Source: an uncultured virus (IMG/VR IMGVR_UViG_3300050131_000019)
Lineage: Duplodnaviria; Heunggongvirae; Uroviricota; Caudoviricetes
IMG/VR virus record: IMGVR_UViG_3300050131_000019
Location: 1-64,000 of that record
Strand: one strand, 5' to 3'
Length of the DNA: 64,000 nucleotides
Shown here: positions 58,783 to 64,000 of the stretch, piece after piece
Layout of the letters: each line of letters starts with the position of its first letter
Position numbering within the stretch: the stretch's first letter is position 1
Notes under the pieces: generated by a model
Databases searched by the model: none
What the model saw: only the letters and a program-made list of their open reading frames with translations
What the model was told of the DNA's origin: nothing
Made by a program: the position numbers and the translations under genes

Positions 58783-59877
58783 ATTCCCGTCTTTCCAAAT
58801 CTAGCCCCACCGAGTTCCGTAACTATTCAAAGCGTGGTCGATTACTGCCGAGCGGTGGACCCCGCGTGTAACCCTATCCTCCCGGCTGGTGGCTACAACT
58901 ATGAGCCCGCGCTTACGTTTGCGAATGACGTACTCCAGAAAATCTTGTTTCAAGGAATGAACTGGAGATGGAATACCTCCTATATTCCGCTGTTCCTTAC
59001 TAACTGCCTCCAGCAGGATTACATTACGAACGTTAAAGATATTGGTTGGTTTACCTCCGGCTATATCATCGATATCAATAACTCGACCAACGCCAATAAT
59101 CAAGCACCTAAACCTATCCGAGGTCTGGAAGTAAACCGGGCAATGGGGATTACTCCCTTCGCAAATCTTCCTACTGAGTCCTGCTTCATCCTGAACAATC
59201 AAGCCAATTTTGGGGTGTGGCAACCTAATACTGCGTACCCCTGTCCTTACGGAGTCGCTGCTGCCCCGGCTACACCTATCTGCCAAATTGTGGATGGCGT
59301 CGGTAACATGCTGTTTTTGGATACCGCGCAGATGGGATTGACGACTAACTCCCCCGGATTTCCTAACAATAATTCAATACCCCCGGTCGCGCCCAATAGT
59401 CCTTATGGAGTTACAGGAAGCGTAGCACCACTGCTTCCTCCTAACTCTGCTCCGGGTACGCAGGTAATTGACGGTACGGTAACGTGGACAGTAGCCGATC
59501 CTAACGGGTATGCTATTAGATTTAATCCGCTCCCCGGTCTAGGTGGGCTTGCTTGGCTAGTGTGGATGGAGTACCAGAGGAAAGCCCCCAAGTGGCTTAC
59601 TTTACAGAGTACGATTTCTCCTATCCCAGATGACTACGCCTTTTTGTTTCGTCAAGGTTTCTTGGCTAAGTGCCTGCAAGCGGCAGGGAGCAAGAATGCT
59701 CAGGCGGCTTACCAGCAATTCGAAGAGCAGGTAGATCAAGCCCTTCGTGCGTCTACCCGAGAGATTTCTGCTTTCGGTATGGTTCCGGACAACTCTATGA
59801 GTTCTTCCAACAGTTCTATAATGAGCTACCCTGCTGGCCCATCTAATCCGTTTTCCAGCAATGTCCAGTACTATTGA
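58783..59877 (+). CDS. Putative adaptor / tail protein (start ATT 58783 or GTG 58834)
   Basis: WRWNT, QQDY, YQRK, PIPDDY shared with 53719..54453. Confidence 0.7.
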   Translation: MPVFPNLAPPSSVTIQSVVDYCRAVDPACNPILPAGGYNYEPALTFANDVLQKILFQGMNWRWNTSYIPLFLTNCLQQDYITNVKDIGWFTSGYIIDINNSTNANNQAPKPIRGLEVNRAMGITPFANLPTESCFILNNQANFGVWQPNTAYPCPYGVAAAPATPICQIVDGVGNMLFLDTAQMGLTTNSPGFPNNNSIPPVAPNSPYGVTGSVAPLLPPNSAPGTQVIDGTVTWTVADPNGYAIRFNPLPGLGGLAWLVWMEYQRKAPKWLTLQSTISPIPDDYAFLFRQGFLAKCLQAAGSKNAQAAYQQFEEQVDQALRASTREISAFGMVPDNSMSSSNSSIMSYPAGPSNPFSSNVQYY

Positions 59878-59878
59878 T

Positions 59879-59907
59879 TTGACGAGATCAGAACTATGTG
59901 ATATAAT
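59879..59907 (+). promoter_or_regulatory. Sigma70-like promoter giving a probable leaderless transcript
   Basis: TTGACG-17-TATAAT with ATG 7 nt downstream. Confidence 0.78.
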
Positions 59908-59914
59908 ATAGATA

Positions 59915-60805
59915 ATGGAAAATATAGAACAAAAGCCGTACGGGATTATCTACTTTGCTTTGAACAAGTTGAATGGAAAGTGCTACGTGGGACAGTCCAT
60001 CCAAGCCGAAGGGAAAAGGTGGAAGCAGCATATATCCTCCAGTCGCCATAGGGGAAGTAAACTATATTTTCATAAAGCCATTCACCACTACGGACCCGAA
60101 AACTTCGAGTTTCGTACTATCCTATCCTGCCCCGATCAAGCGTCTCTAAACTCCGCTGAAACCTATTTTATAGAATTCTTCGGTTCTATAGACCCCAAAA
60201 TAGGATACAATAGTACCCTCGGAGGGGACGCGGAAGTTCCTAGCGAGCAGACCAAAAAGAACATGATTACTGCTTGGGCTAAGCGCCGGGGAGGGGATAT
60301 CCCGGATACAGAAACCCTGATTAGGGATTATAAGTCAGGGCTATCTTCCGTTAAGATTGCAAAAAAATACGGGATATCCAAGTTCTGTGTACTCCGTAGA
60401 TTTAAAGTGGTGGGGTTTGATACACGATCTAATTCTGAGTCTAAAAGACTGCCCGGAATACCGTCGCTAGGGGATGAGTATCTGGCAGGAAAAGACCTCG
60501 GGGTTCTGGCCGAAAAATACGGGGTAACTCCTTCGTGGGTGTGGGGTCAACTAAAACAGAGCAACGTGCCCCTGAGAACGGCTACGGCCTCCCGCACTCT
60601 CAATATGGAGAAAACCGGAGAATTAAGTACACTACCCTCCCCCGAAGATTTGGCAGAAGAATACCTATCTGGAGTATCTTCCGTAAAGCTTTCGAAGAAG
60701 TACAATACAACTAAAACTAGGATATTAGCCTACCTCATCAAGAGTGGAATTACCCTTCGGACTAAATCCGAGGCTTGGGTAGGGCGAAAACAAAGCAAAA
60801 CATAA
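59915..60805 (+). CDS. GIY-YIG homing endonuclease with three HTH-like repeats
   Basis: GIIYFA..CYVGQS..RWKQH..GYNSTLGG, repeated Y.SG.S..K..KKY. Confidence 0.88.
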   Translation: MENIEQKPYGIIYFALNKLNGKCYVGQSIQAEGKRWKQHISSSRHRGSKLYFHKAIHHYGPENFEFRTILSCPDQASLNSAETYFIEFFGSIDPKIGYNSTLGGDAEVPSEQTKKNMITAWAKRRGGDIPDTETLIRDYKSGLSSVKIAKKYGISKFCVLRRFKVVGFDTRSNSESKRLPGIPSLGDEYLAGKDLGVLAEKYGVTPSWVWGQLKQSNVPLRTATASRTLNMEKTGELSTLPSPEDLAEEYLSGVSSVKLSKKYNTTKTRILAYLIKSGITLRTKSEAWVGRKQSKT

Positions 60806-60814
60806 AAGGATAAA

Positions 60815-63800
60815 ATGCCTAACCAGCTTAGCATAGCAGGCGCGAATCCGGGAAAACAAACCAAGAGAACTGCACTTTGGACGGCCCGCTGGTCAGATGG
60901 GCTTTTCACGAACTCTGGTGCCCTTAGAGACGTGTCTTCAAGGATCGAAGAGCATTATTACGGTGCTCACAATGGCCGTCTTATCGAACCTAGCGAAAAT
61001 GTCGAGATTACCTCCAAACTGACTCTCAAGAGACGGTATGGTAATTCTGTTTGGAATAGTAACACCTGGACCGACCTAAATTCTTTCTACGAGTTTCGCC
61101 AGTTTAACGCAAACGAAGAACAAATCAAGGTCATGGTTGATACCCAAGGCGCGTTGTATGACGCCTCAAATAACCAGCAATTGAATATCTGGTCCAAGGT
61201 TCCCACTAGTGGTCAGTCCTATATGCAGAGTGTAGGAAACACTCTATTTTGGGGGGACGGATACGACCGTAAAAAGTGGCTGACTACCCTGCTCGATAGA
61301 ATCCCATACAAGGTAAGTCCCTTCCCCGAGCCGCAGAATCCCTATAACTTCACTCCGTATAACCTAAACTCCTTTATCATAGATACCAACGGGGATACCG
61401 AACAGCTTATCGGTACCGTTTTACAGTTATCTAGCTTCTATATCTTAAATGACACTATTGTATTCTCCCTGTTATCTACCAAGAACGGACACGCTCTTCC
61501 TAGCGCGTATGAAATCTTGGTTCCCGGATTACAAATTTTCTTCCCCGCTGACTCCCAAGTCTCTCAAACTCTCGGTGAGCCTAACGGGGTAACTTTGTCT
61601 ATAGGGAGTCTTGTCGGCGGAATAGAGGCCGCGTCGGTTACCTTTGGAGGGTCTGGATACACTATTGGAGACATCGTTGCAGTAAACCAGACTTCGCCTC
61701 TGGGTAGCATGAACGGTACCCTAAAAGTTCTGAACGTCGGGGCAGCAGTCGGAACAGGATATAGTACAGCCACAGTTCCTACTACCACGAAGGGCGGGGG
61801 GTCCGGAGCGACCCTGAATATTGCCGCCCCTACGGGATACCTTGTCTCAGCCACTGTGGGAGCGGGCGGAACCGGATACGTAAACGGGGACTATATTATA
61901 CCTACGCAGGCAAACGCCTCTGGAGGGTATTTTAAAGTTGTAAGTACCGGGGGTGGCGGGAGTGTAGTTACCGTAGCCGTAGCTACGAATGCGGCAACAA
62001 GTTTAGGAATCCAGACAGCGGGGGAGGGGTACTACAATGCTACCGGAATTCCGGTTTCCGGAGGAACAGGAACCGGACTTACTGTAAGTATCGTTGACGA
62101 CGAAACACAGTTCAATGCTCCGTTTACCTACGGCGGTGGACCTGTAGCTACGGTTACTGTCACCACGCCCGGATCGAACTATAACATCGGGGATGTTATC
62201 GTGCCACTTGAGAGTACCCAGACCACTTCTGGAGGGGCGCAGTTTACGGTTACCAACGTGACCGGAGCGGCTTCTGGAGCAGGTCTTACCTACGGTGGTG
62301 CTGCGGTTGCGGGGTACGCTCTAGGCGCAGCCAGTGTATGGCAGACCTCCGGATACGGTACCAGTGCAGCTATGACTATTACTGGTGTGTCTGGCGGAGT
62401 AATCACCTCGGCTACTACAGCTTATGGGGGGTCTGGGTACTCGTCCGGAGACTTGTTATATATTTCTCAGGGTCCTGTTCGCGGTGCAACTCTTATAGTA
62501 AGTACCACGGGAGGCGGAGGGGCAGTTGCCCTTGTCACCGTGCTTAACGGGGGTCCCACAGCGTATACTCCAGCTACAGGGGTCGCCACATATACATCCG
62601 GGGGAGGCAACGGGGCTACAATAGATATTACCACGGTATCTTCCGGACAGATCACGGCAGGAGTTTTGAATGCCGGGGGTACTGGATATACTATAGGAGA
62701 CTTGTTGTACGTTGTACAGACGGGAACTGCCGGGGATGCTTATTTTACAGTAACATCCGTAACTGCCACGGGCGCAGGAGGGATCACGGGTCTAAGCATT
62801 CTTACTCCGGGACACGGCTATATTCAGGAAAGTGGAGTTGTAACTACCGCGCAGACGGGTACGGGAACGGGAGCTATACTTACCCTCGGGGTAGGCGCAG
62901 CGTCTTTCTTCCCACCTTTCGCGCTTTCGGATACACCTACGGTGTTTTCGGGCGGTAACCCTATCTCCGACGCGAGAACCAATGCACATATAACATGGGC
63001 CGGGGTTGGACAAGAGACTATTGACGGCTCCGCTTTGTGGGTCAACAGGGGAGTATCGATAGACGGCGGACCCGTGTATAACTGGGGGATGGCGGGCGGG
63101 ACTAACGCCCCCTCGGTTGTAGTAAACAACGCAATTGGCGGGTGGGTTGCGGATACTTACTACTCCCGCTGGGACTTTATTATAGTTACCGTTTCAGGAA
63201 GCAATTACCTGATGCAGGTAGAAGGAAGTGGAAAATCCGGAGCCGCCGCGCCTACGTGGAATACAGTTGTCGGGCAGAAAACTACCGATGGTACAGTAAC
63301 ATGGATGTGTATTGCAAACGACGGTGATACCTCCTTTACTTGGGCGGCAACTCATACATACACTCCGGGCCACGTTATTGAGGCTACGGTAAGTTCGCTG
63401 TCCTGTGTTTTTCGGCTACAGTCCTATTCTGGAATCATGACACAAGGAGTTATTCCTGCGTATTGCTGGCAACTCGGCTCGCAGTTCGGGACAGACGTAG
63501 GGGCCGCAGGAGAGATAAACGTAGGTGGAACTAATGCACCTATGGCTCAGAACGGCGGTCAGTCTCTAGCTACTGCCACCTATACGGGAAACATGAGCGG
63601 GCTATTCCTGACCTCTGGCTCAGGAACTGTAGGAACCCCCGCTGTCTCGGGAAATGGCTCAGTAGCGGGATCAAGTCCCCAATTGTTCCCGGCTACCTCC
63701 GATCTAAATATTGGGATGTTCCCCCAGCTAGTTATTCCCGCAGCAGGGACCTATACGTTTACAATCGGTCATCAGGTTGCGATGTTCTGGGGAATAGGTA

Positions 63801-64000
63801 GTGGAAGTCTAAGTCTGAATGTTACTTCAGTTCAGGTACGTGGTGGAACTCTAACAATCGTAGCTGACCGGGATTTGACGACTCTTCTTACCCCAGCGGT
63901 TAGCCTAACCTTTAATGGGCTGTTGTCTTCTACTTGGCTAAATGGGACTACGGTTGCAGTTAGTACGGTGACCGGAAATACTTTTACTGCGAATCTTGCT
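60815..64000 (+). CDS. Large tail/virion protein, truncated by the window end (absent from the ORF track)
   Basis: SD AAGGA and ATG at 60815 (MPNQLSIAGANPGK). Appears open to the window end, with Gly/Thr-rich GGSGYTIGD-type repeats. Confidence 0.8.
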   Translation, partial: MPNQLSIAGANPGKQTKRTALWTARWSDGLFTNSGALRDVSSRIEEHYYGAHNGRLIEPSENVEITSKLTLKRRYGNSVWNSNTWTDLNSFYEFRQFNANEEQIKVMVDTQGALYDASNNQQLNIWSKVPTSGQSYMQSVGNTLFWGDGYDRKKWLTTLLDRIPYKVSPFPEPQNPYNFTPYNLNSFIIDTNGDTEQLIGTVLQLSSFYILNDTIVFSLLSTKNGHALPSAYEILVPGLQIFFPADSQVSQTLGEPNGVTLSIGSLVGGIEAASVTFGGSGYTIGDIVAVNQTSPLGSMNGTLKVLNVGAAVGTGYSTATVPTTTKGGGSGATLNIAAPTGYLVSATVGAGGTGYVNGDYIIPTQANASGGYFKVVSTGGGGSVVTVAVATNAATSLGIQTAGEGYYNATGIPVSGGTGTGLTVSIVDDETQFNAPFTYGGGPVATVTVTTPGSNYNIGDVIVPLESTQTTSGGAQFTVTNVTGAASGAGLTYGGAAVAGYALGAASVWQTSGYGTSAAMTITGVSGGVITSATTAYGGSGYSSGDLLYISQGPVRGATLIVSTTGGGGAVALVTVLNGGPTAYTPATGVATYTSGGGNGATIDITTVSSGQITAGVLNAGGTGYTIGDLLYVVQTGTAGDAYFTVTSVTATGAGGITGLSILTPGHGYIQESGVVTTAQTGTGTGAILTLGVGAASFFPPFALSDTPTVFSGGNPISDARTNAHITWAGVGQETIDGSALWVNRGVSIDGGPVYNWGMAGGTNAPSVVVNNAIGGWVADTYYSRWDFIIVTVSGSNYLMQVEGSGKSGAAAPTWNTVVGQKTTDGTVTWMCIANDGDTSFTWAATHTYTPGHVIEATVSSLSCVFRLQSYSGIMTQGVIPAYCWQLGSQFGTDVGAAGEINVGGTNAPMAQNGGQSLATATYTGNMSGLFLTSGSGTVGTPAVSGNGSVAGSSPQLFPATSDLNIGMFPQLVIPAAGTYTFTIGHQVAMFWGIGSGSLSLNVTSVQVRGGTLTIVADRDLTTLLTPAVSLTFNGLLSSTWLNGTTVAVSTVTGNTFTANLA

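Noticed and set aside
230..63327. Most antisense ORFs in the track (plus strand in 1-22 kb, minus strand in 23-64 kb)
   Set aside because: They are shadows of longer motif-bearing genes and lack SD sequences or recognisable domains.
1..64000. Integrase, reverse transcriptase/DGR, Cas genes, rRNA
   Set aside because: No recognisable motifs for any of these in the ORF track or the sequence.

Overview
The window is a 64-kb segment of a tailed dsDNA phage genome with a podovirus-like head module. The host is uncertain. Signal peptides ending in AQ/GQ and a CHB_HEX_C-type domain hint at a Gram-negative host such as an Acidobacterium (inference). The left arm (1 to ~22.4 kb) is almost all minus strand: family A DNA polymerase with an intein, tRNA-Gln, GH24 lysozyme, a nucleotidyltransferase, ParB-like proteins and many small early genes. 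A gene-poor divergence region lies at ~20.5-23.2 kb. The right arm is plus strand: small genes, a GGQ release-factor-like protein, glycosyl/pyruvyl transferases, TerL, portal, scaffold, a major capsid gene split by two group I introns, adaptors, tailspike-like proteins and several free-standing homing endonucleases. Most notable signals: (1) seven minimal HDV-like ribozyme folds with covarying stems, each between an upstream hairpin and the Shine-Dalgarno of the next early gene, suggesting a self-cleaving mRNA-processing system; (2) a polymerase intein whose HNH endonuclease is encoded entirely in a different, overlapping reading frame; (3) twin related group I introns in the capsid gene, one with a LAGLIDADG ORF reading through the ribozyme core; (4) a 15-bp motif, TTCCRTTTTCCGGAA, dispersed at least 15 times; (5) small ORFs carrying fragments of the phage's own capsid and portal proteins; (6) tailspike-like proteins with Sec-type signal peptides. 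All calls were made by eye and no database searches were run.
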